A stretch of 64,000 nt of DNA from Patescibacteria group bacterium (GTDB taxonomy: Bacteria; Patescibacteriota; UBA1384; CAILIB01): assembly GCA_041917855.1 (NCBI GenBank), contig JAYRWT010000044.1:21563-85562 (forward strand). The letters are read 5' to 3'. The position numbers and the translations under genes are program-made. Under the pieces are notes generated by a model. That model saw only the letters and a program-made list of their open reading frames with translations, did not search any database and was not told where the DNA came from. Below, one piece after another: positions 17,969 to 26,250 of the stretch (the stretch's first letter is position 1; each line of letters begins with the position of its first letter).

Positions 17969-19381
17969 ATGGGCACACATAAGGTATCTCCTGTTCTTTG
18001 GATTGGTTTGATCGTAGTTTTGCTTGGTGGGGGTGTGGCGGTATATAGCCAGCGTAATACAAAAGAAGAGCAGGGCAAGAATCAAGCTGTTGATAAAAAA
18101 GAAGATCAGGGTAAAACTACAGGTGCGCTCACACCTGCAAAATCGAATGGGTACACAGGCTTAGCTGGTGACGTTATTAGCAGTAGCGCGTTCGAGTGTC
18201 AGCCGCGTAGCGAGCACGAGTGGTATCGTACCGATCGTACTTTTGCAGTAGATCCTAAGAATCCACAGGTGATGTACACCAGTGTGGAGTATAAGGGTGT
18301 GTACAAATCTGTCGATGGCGGTACAACCTGGAAGTCTGCCAGCAAGGGGATTCGCGCCTACAGTCGCCAGGATGACAAAACAAAGCCCTGCTATAGCGAG
18401 TATCCGGTGATCAAGATTAACCCCAAGGACAGCAATCACATCGTGATCGCTATCAGTAGTGGCGGCGGTGGCCATCTACACCCAACTAACATGAACCAGC
18501 AAGTGGGCGGTGTCTACCAGAGCTTTAACGCAGGTGAAAGTTGGGAACTGATGATTGATAACACCATGAACACCTATGTTACTGACGTGGTATTTGACGC
18601 CGATGGCGCGGTATACTACGGCACAGCTTCTAACCCAGGATCGTGGACCGAGGCTGACCAGAACCAGCTCTTCGTCAGCAAGGGGCTTATCTATAAAACC
18701 AGCGACAAGGGGAACACCTGGACTGAGCTGCCAACCGGCATTGGCAGCCGAACCTCGGCGACTAAGGTGTTCGTCAACCCGGCAAATACCCAGCAGATTA
18801 TGGCTCCGACCTACTCGGCAGTGCGACAATCGGCTGATGGCACGGGGACGGGTATCAGCACGGGTAAAGATACAAACGTAGCTCAGCTGGGAATTTTAAG
18901 CTCAAGTGATGCTGGTAAAACCTGGAAGCGCATTGCGCTGCCTGGAAACGTGCCGGTGCTGAGTGCCGCAGTTTCGTCAGCCAAGTTTGCTAACCAGATC
19001 TACATTAGTGCAACAACCGACGAGTCCTTTGTTACCTTTGACGCAGGCGCTACTTTTACCAAAACCAAGTACCTGAACACCGTCGCCTACGACCCATTCG
19101 ACGCGACTGGCAAGCACCTGCTAGCCTACAGTATGCAGTCCATGAACGGGCCAGGGCTAAATTTACACGAGAGCCTTGACGGTGGGCTTACCTGGAAAGC
19201 AAAAGGCTCGCTGCCACGCGAGATTACTGACCTGAACGATAAAAAGACCCGCGTCAGCAACCTATTCTGGCACCCAACCGACAAGAACACTATCTATATG
19301 AATGGTGCTTCCGGGTACCTATGGGTCAGTACCGACCTAGGTACAACCTGGAAGCGTCTACTTACCTATACTGACTTATAA
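17969..19381 (+). CDS. Secreted BNR/Asp-box repeat protein (sialidase-/Ycf48-like beta-propeller)
   Basis: Start moved to ATG 17969 (MGTHKVSPVLWIGLIVVLLGG signal anchor). Five or more SxDxGxTW Asp-box repeats (SVDGGTTW, SDKGNTW, SSDAGKTW, SLDGGLTW, STDLGTTW). Confidence 0.65.
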   Translation: MGTHKVSPVLWIGLIVVLLGGGVAVYSQRNTKEEQGKNQAVDKKEDQGKTTGALTPAKSNGYTGLAGDVISSSAFECQPRSEHEWYRTDRTFAVDPKNPQVMYTSVEYKGVYKSVDGGTTWKSASKGIRAYSRQDDKTKPCYSEYPVIKINPKDSNHIVIAISSGGGGHLHPTNMNQQVGGVYQSFNAGESWELMIDNTMNTYVTDVVFDADGAVYYGTASNPGSWTEADQNQLFVSKGLIYKTSDKGNTWTELPTGIGSRTSATKVFVNPANTQQIMAPTYSAVRQSADGTGTGISTGKDTNVAQLGILSSSDAGKTWKRIALPGNVPVLSAAVSSAKFANQIYISATTDESFVTFDAGATFTKTKYLNTVAYDPFDATGKHLLAYSMQSMNGPGLNLHESLDGGLTWKAKGSLPREITDLNDKKTRVSNLFWHPTDKNTIYMNGASGYLWVSTDLGTTWKRLLTYTDL

Positions 19382-19382
19382 T

Positions 19383-20165
19383 ATGAAGCCTCACTCTCAC
19401 TCAAAAGTTATTTTAGTTGGTGTTGCAGTTGTGCTGGTCTGTGGCGGCATTGTGGCCTTTACTTCGGGGAGGAAGGATACCAAAACTGGAGGGCAGCAGA
19501 TCGAGCAAGGTACGAGCACAAATACTCAGAGAACTACTGAGCCGAAAGAAGCAGATATTGTACTCAAGAACTTGGGCCTCAGTAGCATTGCGGATAGCAC
19601 GGTGTACACACGCTTTGCCGTGCAGGACTATGCAAGTAATGGCATGAAGGGGCTGTATTTGTTTGGTGATAAGCTACCCGGTAACCGCCTGAATCCTAAC
19701 TTTGAGTTTTCTTCGGTCAAGCAGGACGCGCCGGTGATTGCGGCAATTGACGGCATTGTCGCTTTTATTAAGGAGCAGGCCGAAAGTAAGGATTATGAAG
19801 TATTTCTGCAACCAAAAGATGGTTCAATCTGGACAGTAGGCTATGATCACCTAGTTGGGCTAAAGGTAAAGAGGGGAGACAAAGTAAAGACTGGAGATGT
19901 GCTTGGAACGGCGGCGGTGCAGAACAATGGCCTCTATCGCTTTGAGCTCCAAATCAATAAAGATGTAGCTGGGGTTACAACACACCATTGCCCTGTACTA
20001 TTTTTAGACCCAGCAGTTGCGCCAGGTGTGACAGCTGATCTGTCGGCTACCCAGCAAGCCTGGGAGGCGGTAAAGGGTCAGCAAGATCTGTACAACCCTT
20101 CTACTCAGAGCCCAGTTGGGTGCATAAAGACCACTCTGAGCGTTGCGGAGGCGGAGGGTAGGTAG
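19383..20165 (+). CDS. Hypothetical membrane-anchored secreted protein with possible degenerate LytM (M23-like) domain
   Basis: Signal anchor; GYDHL...VKRGDKVKTGDVLGTAA resembles an M23 peptidase core but lacks the HxH metal ligands. Confidence 0.4.
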   Translation: MKPHSHSKVILVGVAVVLVCGGIVAFTSGRKDTKTGGQQIEQGTSTNTQRTTEPKEADIVLKNLGLSSIADSTVYTRFAVQDYASNGMKGLYLFGDKLPGNRLNPNFEFSSVKQDAPVIAAIDGIVAFIKEQAESKDYEVFLQPKDGSIWTVGYDHLVGLKVKRGDKVKTGDVLGTAAVQNNGLYRFELQINKDVAGVTTHHCPVLFLDPAVAPGVTADLSATQQAWEAVKGQQDLYNPSTQSPVGCIKTTLSVAEAEGR

Positions 20166-20190
20166 GCTTATAGTAGCACCTAGTAGAGTG

Positions 20191-20212
20191 CCCACCTGGA
20201 AATCCAGGTGGG
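20191..20212. terminator. Bidirectional terminator hairpin between convergent genes
   Basis: CCCACCTGG-aaat-CCAGGTGGG, a perfect 9-bp stem. Confidence 0.65.
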
Positions 20213-20222
20213 CGGGACGAGG

Positions 20223-20516
20223 TTACTTACCAGGGTCTAGTCCGAGCAGGTGCGCGATTTCTAGAGCGTGGATTGCTGCGATGAGCCTTGTTCTAAAACC
20301 AGGGTTTTGACAAGCAGAGCGCAGCTCCTGTTTTGCTTCGGCTGTTAAGCCACAACCACAAGCTAGGCCTATGGCAATGGCGAGCGCCCATTGTTCGGCA
20401 GTCAGGCTTTCTTGCTGCTTTGCTAGAACAGCTTCCTCAGTGACACGTGCATGGAGTCGTCCTCGCTGGAATAGTCCAAGGAGGTACACGTACAGTTTGT
20501 TTACCAGTTTATTCAT
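20223..20516 (-). CDS. Hypothetical small protein
   Basis: 97 aa ORF; no recognisable motifs. Confidence 0.35.
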   Translation of the reverse strand: MNKLVNKLYVYLLGLFQRGRLHARVTEEAVLAKQQESLTAEQWALAIAIGLACGCGLTAEAKQELRSACQNPGFRTRLIAAIHALEIAHLLGLDPGK

Positions 20517-20880
20517 CTTCAGTCTCGCTGTCCTGTAAGGACTTTGAAAACTGCTAGTGAATCCTGATTTACATGCTGGCGCGCTGTATCACTCCTACCT
20601 CATATGAGGGTGTGTGTTTTCTGATTCTCACTCGTTTTTTCAGTCCTTGCGGACACACAGACGATACCAAAAAGCTACTAGCTAGCCTAGTATCTGTATC
20701 CCCGTTGAGGGAGCCCGACGAGAGCAGGTAGTGGATAAAAGTTTTAATCCGTGGCTGCTGGCAGTCGATGTTATGGTAAAAACGTGGCCAAAGTTCGTTC
20801 TTACAAGGATTATCCTGAGTAGATTGATGTATATGTTGGCTCTAGATAATATAGAAGCATAGATAAAATAAACTATTCTT

Positions 20881-21273
20881 ATGGAAAACATGTCTATGAA
20901 TTGGCTTGCCATCTTTCTCGCGGCGCTATCTGCCTTTTTAGTCGGAGGTATTTGGTACTCCGCACTTTTTGCTAAAAGCTGGCAGCGTTTGGCGGGAGTA
21001 TCAGACGATCAGATGAAAACCGGTATGGCCAAAATATTTATTGGGTCATTTGTATTGTCGCTCATCATGTCGGTAAACCTAGGCTTTTTCATCGGAAAAG
21101 AAAGTGCCATTTTTGGACTAGGAGCAGGACTGGCCGTTGGGTTGGGGTGGGTAGCTACTTCGTTCGGTATGAACTACTTATTTGAACGTAAGCCAGTTGG
21201 ATTATTTCTTATAAATGCGGGATACAACATTGTCTCCTACGCGCTGATGGGATTTATTTTGGGTGCGTTTTAA
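20881..21273 (+). CDS. Small integral membrane protein (DUF1761-like)
   Basis: 130 aa, 4 TM helices; the N-terminal MNWLAIFLAALSAFLVGGIWYSALFAKSW resembles the DUF1761 family. Confidence 0.45.
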   Translation: MENMSMNWLAIFLAALSAFLVGGIWYSALFAKSWQRLAGVSDDQMKTGMAKIFIGSFVLSLIMSVNLGFFIGKESAIFGLGAGLAVGLGWVATSFGMNYLFERKPVGLFLINAGYNIVSYALMGFILGAF

Positions 21274-21580
21274 TTCAGGGGTTTGCTGCAGATTTATAGC
21301 GTTCTGCTCCTCGCAATCTAACAAGGTTAGGGAGCTTTTTGCTCGATCTGTGATAGTGCGGTATTGCTGACCAGTAGTTTCTGCCAGGGTGGCACAGTCT
21401 AAGTTCGATAGGTGCACGGCTTTTGACTGTGACGGTCTAATGTATGTTTGGTTATTTGGCACTTCTATGTATGCACATACCACATCGCAGGCATCACGGC
21501 TCAAAATTAAACCTTGCAAATAGCGCAAAGAAAAAAGCACAGCGACGATTGTCGCTGTGCCGAGAGGGTCGGTGACTGCG

Positions 21581-21754
21581 CTACGCTTCTCGAGGGATTC
21601 GCGTACTGCAGCCAGTTGACGTTCCTTCTGTGCCTGCCCGCTCTGCCATGATGGTATCCACCATCTTTGCCAGTTTCGGGTGGTTGGTCTTGATTGCTTC
21701 GGGAGTCATGCTACCGAGCAACTTTTCAACTTGCTTTCTTTTATTTTGCGCCAT
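21581..21754 (-). CDS. Small ORF (57 aa) overlapping the 3' end of the upstream gene; possibly the N-terminal fragment of a frameshifted gene
   Basis: ATG overlaps the C-terminal codons of the 567-aa gene; a GAGGAG Shine-Dalgarno lies 5 nt upstream. The reading continues in another frame as the 21202-21540 ORF (EKRSAVTDPLGT...). Confidence 0.25.
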   Translation of the reverse strand: MAQNKRKQVEKLLGSMTPEAIKTNHPKLAKMVDTIMAERAGTEGTSTGCSTRIPREA

Positions 21755-23444
21755 TGGATCTCCTCAAAACAGGATGCAGCATTGTTGGCTTCAGTGAGCC
21801 AAAATGCTTTCGGGCATTTTCCTGTGCGTTTCTGACTGATAGCAAGCTACTTGCATCAGGTGATTGAGTTATACCAGAATTACCAAGATCACACCAGAGT
21901 GCCTGGCTGGTGAACATGCACAGTAACTCGGGGGATAACCGAGCGCGAATAGCTGTAGTCGCCGCATGTGCAGCCGCCATTCCCAAGTATGCCATTGAAT
22001 CGGCACAAATCTCTAAACAGGCATGGCCAGGGCTATTCTGGTACTGAATCTCAGATACCTCATCAGCCACAAAACGCAACAGCCTTGTGAGATCGGTGCT
22101 TCGCTTCTTAGGGCTCCTAGCAAGCTGTTCAACAATCGAAGCGCCTAATGACGAATCGATCATGTAGCGTGAAAGGAAAAACTCGAGCTGCGAATCATCT
22201 TGGGCGACGCGGGTTGCTCTCTTGGCAATAGCCGCAAACAAGTTATCCTGATGAGTTGCTGATATCCCATGCGTCTCAGAAATATCCCACCGGCGCATCC
22301 TTCTGTGGAAGTTTCTCCTTACTCGATGGTAGAGTGCTTCCGATCCAAAAGATCTGGTGTCAGTCATAACCGGTACGCAGAGGCCTGGATGGCAGCTACG
22401 CACAGACTCCAGATTGTCAGTCATTGCGGTTAAGCAATGACCGCTATCGAGATATCGGGCAACTCCCTGAAATGGATCCAGGCATGCCCAAATATTGCGC
22501 TCTCGATCAAGCTCAACTAGCACGCAGTAGTGGAGCATGCGTTGGAATGTATCTTCCGCTAGTGCCTCACCCCACTTTGTGCGCATTCCATCAATTTCTT
22601 TTGTTGAAAAAATTGCTGAAAAATTACACATGTAGGTGTACATACTCTGACGGGCGCCTACCAAGATTGCTCGATCACATTCTTGTTCTCCGGCAACCAC
22701 CAACGCAAGGTGATGGCGAAAGCCAAGCTTGGCTAGTACCGCAAGGCAGATCACGGCAAATCCGAGGCAATTTGGCATTTGAAGTGCAGAAAACCGGTAG
22801 GGGTTAACACGATCAAATGAATCAGGCTTATGAATACTTTCAAAGCCATGTCTTCTGAGTTTTGTGTAGATGTCCCAGCATTCTTTAGGAACTCCTTGAA
22901 GGAATTTTTCATTCAGACACTCATACAATCCCTCTAACATCCCATACAGGTATGAGAACAAGTCTTCAGGGCTGAGGGCTTGTTGCGCGGCTGTGGGTAA
23001 AGAGGAGATACGCTGTCTTTGCTGATCCTTCTTAAGGGTTCTGACTGCAAGGTTGCTGATTGATAAGAGCGATCCCACCAAGCAGTTTCCTAAATGTCTG
23101 TAGCAAGTTACCAACGATGTGGTTTCGGAGTTGGATAATATCTGTGCTCCTGTGTAGGTTTGGTGAGTAATCTCACCACACAAGCGCCATAGTTCAACTG
23201 GTGATGGAAGAGGTTTGATGTGACGACGATTACCAGTGAGCAGTCCAAGTCGAACCGCTTCTCTGGTGAGAATGTGTGTAGGTTCTAGTGGTTGCATTGT
23301 TAAGTTCCGATGTGTCGGCACAATACCAGGTTTGTAACAATTTGTCACGTAAGGAGGGGGCGACTGTACGATTAACGTAATAGAGGTCTCGTATATCATT
23401 GACAAATTACTGCTGTATGGTACATTTGCGCCGTTCTTTAACAA
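21741..23444 (-). CDS. Transglutaminase-like superfamily cysteine protease domain protein (Cys-rich, no signal peptide)
   Basis: Cys/His/Asp triad context: NCLGFAVICLAVLAKLGF (catalytic Cys), LHYCVLVEL (His), IWACLDPFQG (Asp in a W..DP motif). Start uncertain (TTG 23444, ATG 23399 or ATG 23297). Confidence 0.55.
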   Translation of the reverse strand: MLKNGANVPYSSNLSMIYETSITLIVQSPPPYVTNCYKPGIVPTHRNLTMQPLEPTHILTREAVRLGLLTGNRRHIKPLPSPVELWRLCGEITHQTYTGAQILSNSETTSLVTCYRHLGNCLVGSLLSISNLAVRTLKKDQQRQRISSLPTAAQQALSPEDLFSYLYGMLEGLYECLNEKFLQGVPKECWDIYTKLRRHGFESIHKPDSFDRVNPYRFSALQMPNCLGFAVICLAVLAKLGFRHHLALVVAGEQECDRAILVGARQSMYTYMCNFSAIFSTKEIDGMRTKWGEALAEDTFQRMLHYCVLVELDRERNIWACLDPFQGVARYLDSGHCLTAMTDNLESVRSCHPGLCVPVMTDTRSFGSEALYHRVRRNFHRRMRRWDISETHGISATHQDNLFAAIAKRATRVAQDDSQLEFFLSRYMIDSSLGASIVEQLARSPKKRSTDLTRLLRFVADEVSEIQYQNSPGHACLEICADSMAYLGMAAAHAATTAIRARLSPELLCMFTSQALWCDLGNSGITQSPDASSLLSVRNAQENARKHFGSLKPTMLHPVLRRSNGAK

Positions 23445-23448
23445 GGAA

Positions 23449-23503
23449 GATTAAGAAGAGCTTCGGGGAAATATGACGTATTTCTCGGTAGTTCTTCTTA
23501 ATC
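23449..23503. promoter_or_regulatory. 55-bp imperfect palindrome (operator-like) in the divergent promoter region of the islet genes
   Basis: GATTAAGAAG ... CTTCTTAATC, perfect 10-bp outer arms, with inner aaata/tattt symmetry. Confidence 0.45.
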
Positions 23504-23555
23504 ATGAGAAGACCTGGATCCCGCGGAACACTACCGCAAGGAGAAGTGACCCACA

Positions 23556-24224
23556 ATGAGTGAAGTCACCCTCAATCCCGATCTTGCCAACTGCGCTGCT
23601 GACTACGCTCGCCGATGCGAAAGTATCGGAGGCGAACGTCATAAGATCATAGATCTTCAGCATGCGATGAGTCACCCCCAGTTCAAAGAACGGCATCACG
23701 CCTTGCTGAACGAACTGGCTAATGAATACCGCCAAAGGCTTCCGTTGCTCGAGCGGCCTGCTCGATTCACCCTGAAACTCGGCGTCTATGGCACCAAAGA
23801 GAACATGCTCAAGTCTGTCACAGACAAAGGCCACAAGTTCACATATTGCGCCACACGCGTGATTGCCAGCGACCGGTTTCTGATGTTGGATGCGCCCGGA
23901 GAATACGAATTCATCCAGACCACCGCCAAGGAAGTGAGTGGCAAGAACAGCCCGACCATCACAGAGCTACGCAAAGCCATGCATCGTCTTGGTTTCATTG
24001 ATGCTCCTCACGAATCGGCTCCAGCCATTCGTGAGATCTATAACGACCAGCCCATGGACGAATGGTGCGCTGTTCTCAGCAAGCCAATAGCGGACTCTAA
24101 TGGTGACGCGAACATTCTCAACGTGGCACGGCACTCTGGCGGTTCTTGTGTGGGCAGGTACTTTGCCCATCGTGGCCTTGATTGGGATGGTGATACTCTG
24201 CTTCTGGTCTGCCGCAAGCTTTAG
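23556..24224 (+). CDS. Hypothetical protein (222 aa)
   Basis: ORF with an AAGGAGAAG Shine-Dalgarno-like sequence upstream; no recognisable family. Confidence 0.5.
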   Translation: MSEVTLNPDLANCAADYARRCESIGGERHKIIDLQHAMSHPQFKERHHALLNELANEYRQRLPLLERPARFTLKLGVYGTKENMLKSVTDKGHKFTYCATRVIASDRFLMLDAPGEYEFIQTTAKEVSGKNSPTITELRKAMHRLGFIDAPHESAPAIREIYNDQPMDEWCAVLSKPIADSNGDANILNVARHSGGSCVGRYFAHRGLDWDGDTLLLVCRKL

Positions 24225-24263
24225 TGCTCGGCTTAGGCCCTTTGTCTTTTCGATTCCTTGTGC

Positions 24264-24293
24264 TTTTGCATGGGGCCGCTCCTTGAGCGGCTC
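24264..24293 (+). terminator. Rho-independent terminator
   Basis: GCCGCTC-ctt-GAGCGGC 7-bp stem followed by TCTATTTTTTT. Confidence 0.65.
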
Positions 24294-24387
24294 TATTTTT
24301 TTCTCAAAAATCAGGTAACACGGTCTGGGTGGAGCCTCCCTATACAAAAGAAATACCGCCAGACCTTGCGGCCTGACGGCATTTCTT

Positions 24388-24461
24388 TGGCAGGGGCACT
24401 AGGAATCGAACCTAGAACAAGGGTTTTGGAGACCCGTGTGATACCACTTCACCATACCCCT
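24388..24461 (-). tRNA. tRNA-Trp (anticodon CCA), 3' CCA encoded
   Basis: Manual cloverleaf: acceptor AGGGGTA/TGCCCCT, anticodon loop CTCCAAA, T-arm CTAGG-TTCGATT-CCTAG. Confidence 0.8.
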
Positions 24462-24587
24462 ACAACGTTCGAAGTATACCAAATCATTTCCACTCTTTCC
24501 AGGTCTGTCGCGCTAAAACAAATCTACCACTAGATAAGAAATCAGGGCCAATCCTGAATAGAAAAGGCCCTGTGCTGACGAGTGTTG

Positions 24588-24914
24588 CTAAACCTCAGCT
24601 GGCTGGGGCTCGGCTTTGAGTAGTGTTCTGATTTGTTGCAAGACCACTGGGTAATTTCTCCCTGTGATTGTGTGCGTTGAGCCGTCTGACTCTAGAACCA
24701 CCTTTGCCTCAATTGATCGAACATACTGGCTGTCGGCAAGTCCGTCGCACCAGAAGCGGTTTTGCCCATCCTCTTGCAAGAAAACTCCCTGGTTTTTGTA
24801 GTGCGCGACCCCTGCTGGGGTGAGTTGGCTACGATAGTCCACATGCTGGACTCCCTGTATCTTTTCCATAGCAGAAAATTTATACCAGATTTCTACAACT
24901 AAGCCAAGCAACAT
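24588..24914 (-). CDS. Hypothetical protein (108 aa)
   Basis: ORF between tRNA-Trp and rpmG; no motifs recognised. Confidence 0.3.
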   Translation of the reverse strand: MLLGLVVEIWYKFSAMEKIQGVQHVDYRSQLTPAGVAHYKNQGVFLQEDGQNRFWCDGLADSQYVRSIEAKVVLESDGSTHTITGRNYPVVLQQIRTLLKAEPQPAEV

Positions 24915-24964
24915 ACCAAAAAGACCGACGTAGGCCGGTCGTAATGGCTGCAGGGCAAGGGAGG

Positions 24965-25135
24965 CTACTTTACCTCTTTGAACCAGACGTACTTTTTGAC
25001 GTCAGGAGCAAAACGCTTCAGGCGTAGCTTCTCTTTGTTGTTTACCTTGTTGCGCTCAGTTTGGAAACGGTGCTTAGACTCTTTCTTGTCTTCGGCAGCC
25101 ATCCAAACCCAGCTGCGATTGCCTTTCTTGGCCAT
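24965..25135 (-). CDS. rpmG: 50S ribosomal protein L33 (zinc-less form)
   Basis: 56 aa, MAKKGNRSWVWMAAEDKKESKHRFQTERNKVNNKEKLRLKRFAPDVKKYVWFKEVK. Matches the L33 pattern KNKxN..(D/E)KLxLKK(Y/F)xP...KHV..KExK. Under 60 aa, so absent from the ORF table. Confidence 0.75.
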   Translation of the reverse strand: MAKKGNRSWVWMAAEDKKESKHRFQTERNKVNNKEKLRLKRFAPDVKKYVWFKEVK

Positions 25136-25170
25136 GGTCGGAGGGTGGTGAATAAAATATGGTTGCTAGT

Positions 25171-25256
25171 TGGTGGGCAGACTAGGATTCGAACCTAGGT
25201 AGGCGTATGCCAAGAGATTTACAGTCTCCCCTCGTTGACCGCTTGAGTATCTGCCC
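25171..25256 (-). tRNA. tRNA-Tyr (anticodon GTA), class II with long variable arm, CCA encoded
   Basis: Acceptor GGGCAGA/TCTGCCC, anticodon loop CTGTAAA, T-arm CTAGG-TTCGAAT-CCTAG. Confidence 0.85.
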
Positions 25257-25273
25257 ATATGCAACTTGTTATT

Positions 25274-25348
25274 TGGAGCCCCTTCAGAGAATCGAACTCT
25301 GCTCTATAGTTTACAAAACTACCGCTCTAACCACTGAGCTAAAGGGGC
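25274..25348 (-). tRNA. tRNA-Thr (anticodon TGT), CCA encoded
   Basis: Acceptor GCCCCTT/AAGGGGC, D-arm GCTC-AGTGGTTA-GAGC, anticodon loop TTTGTAA, T-arm CAGAG-TTCGATT-CTCTG. Confidence 0.85.
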
Positions 25349-25746
25349 AACGATCTGCGTTGCTGTCTGCCTCGACCCCTATTAAGATTCCGAAATGTGG
25401 GGGTTAATGAGTGACAGTTCGGACAAACAAGCCGTAGGTTCTCTGGTCTACTGTTCTGGTGATCACCATTGATGTGGTCGACCTCCAGTGGGACTTTGCC
25501 TGTGATAGGATTACGTTCCTGCCAATTGCAGAGTGAACAGCGCTCACCATGCTGTTCTAGAAGATAGCGCTTAATAGAGTATGAAACTCCACTCGCTGCT
25601 GTACCTTCTAACTTCCCACAAAGCCAGTCAGAAATCCTATTGGCATACTGAAATGCTTGCTGGCAACTCAAGCTGCAGTATACTGCGGGGGTTCGTTTAA
25701 CGGGCTTGCCACAGTTTTTACACAAATTTCGTACTTTTCTAGGCAT
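25339..25746 (-). CDS. HNH endonuclease
   Basis: VDHINGDHQNSRPENLRLVCPNCH is a classic HNH motif; N-terminal CxxC zinc ribbon. The 3' end overlaps the 5' end of tRNA-Thr(TGT) by about 10 nt. Confidence 0.75.
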   Translation of the reverse strand: MPRKVRNLCKNCGKPVKRTPAVYCSLSCQQAFQYANRISDWLCGKLEGTAASGVSYSIKRYLLEQHGERCSLCNWQERNPITGKVPLEVDHINGDHQNSRPENLRLVCPNCHSLTPTFRNLNRGRGRQQRRSLPL

Positions 25747-25814
25747 AGTTTATGTATCAGATTAAACTGATTCGCCAAGAATTGTCCGATGTCGTTGAAA
25801 AGGTGCGATTTTTC

Positions 25815-25890
25815 TGGAGCCCTTGACCGGGATTGAACCGGTGACCTCTTCCTTACCATGGAAACGCTCTACCAACTGAGCTACAAGGGC
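25815..25890 (-). tRNA. tRNA-Thr (anticodon GGT), CCA encoded
   Basis: Acceptor GCCCTTG/CAAGGGC, D-arm GCTC-AGTTGGTA-GAGC, anticodon loop ATGGTAA, T-arm ACCGG-TTCAATC-CCGGT. Confidence 0.85.
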
Positions 25891-26250
25891 TTGAGTGAGG
25901 AACATGCGAAAACTTGTTTTCGTATGTTCCGAGCGAGAGCCTGCGCGTCGCTGAAGGCGACGCAAGGGCGCTAACCCGAAATGAGCGAATGAGCTTTTGC
26001 GGTGCGAAGCAGCGCAAGGGCAATATCTCACTACTACAACAGGTACGCAACGTTCAATTGCAGCAGGACTACTATACATAAAATCTCAGGTCTGGGCAAG
26101 TTACACAGTGCCACTACGCACTAAAGACCATACCTGAGCCACAAAGGGGAGTGCTGACAAGCTCCTCCCACATGGGCTAGGTGAGGCAGGCTTGCAGCGT
26201 CTTGAGTTCCTCACGTATACTATAGGGTGTAATCATATCAAAGGAGGAGA

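Noticed and set aside
23502-23998. Minus-strand ORFs 23502-23834 and 23786-23998
   Set aside because: Fully antisense to the better-supported 222-aa gene, which has an SD-like sequence and a terminator. Treated as spurious.
25762-26079. ORFs 25762-26079 and 25853-26050 on the minus strand
   Set aside because: They read through the tRNA-Thr(GGT) gene and the hairpin-rich gap (translation contains tRNA-derived GSIPV-like strings). Treated as spurious.
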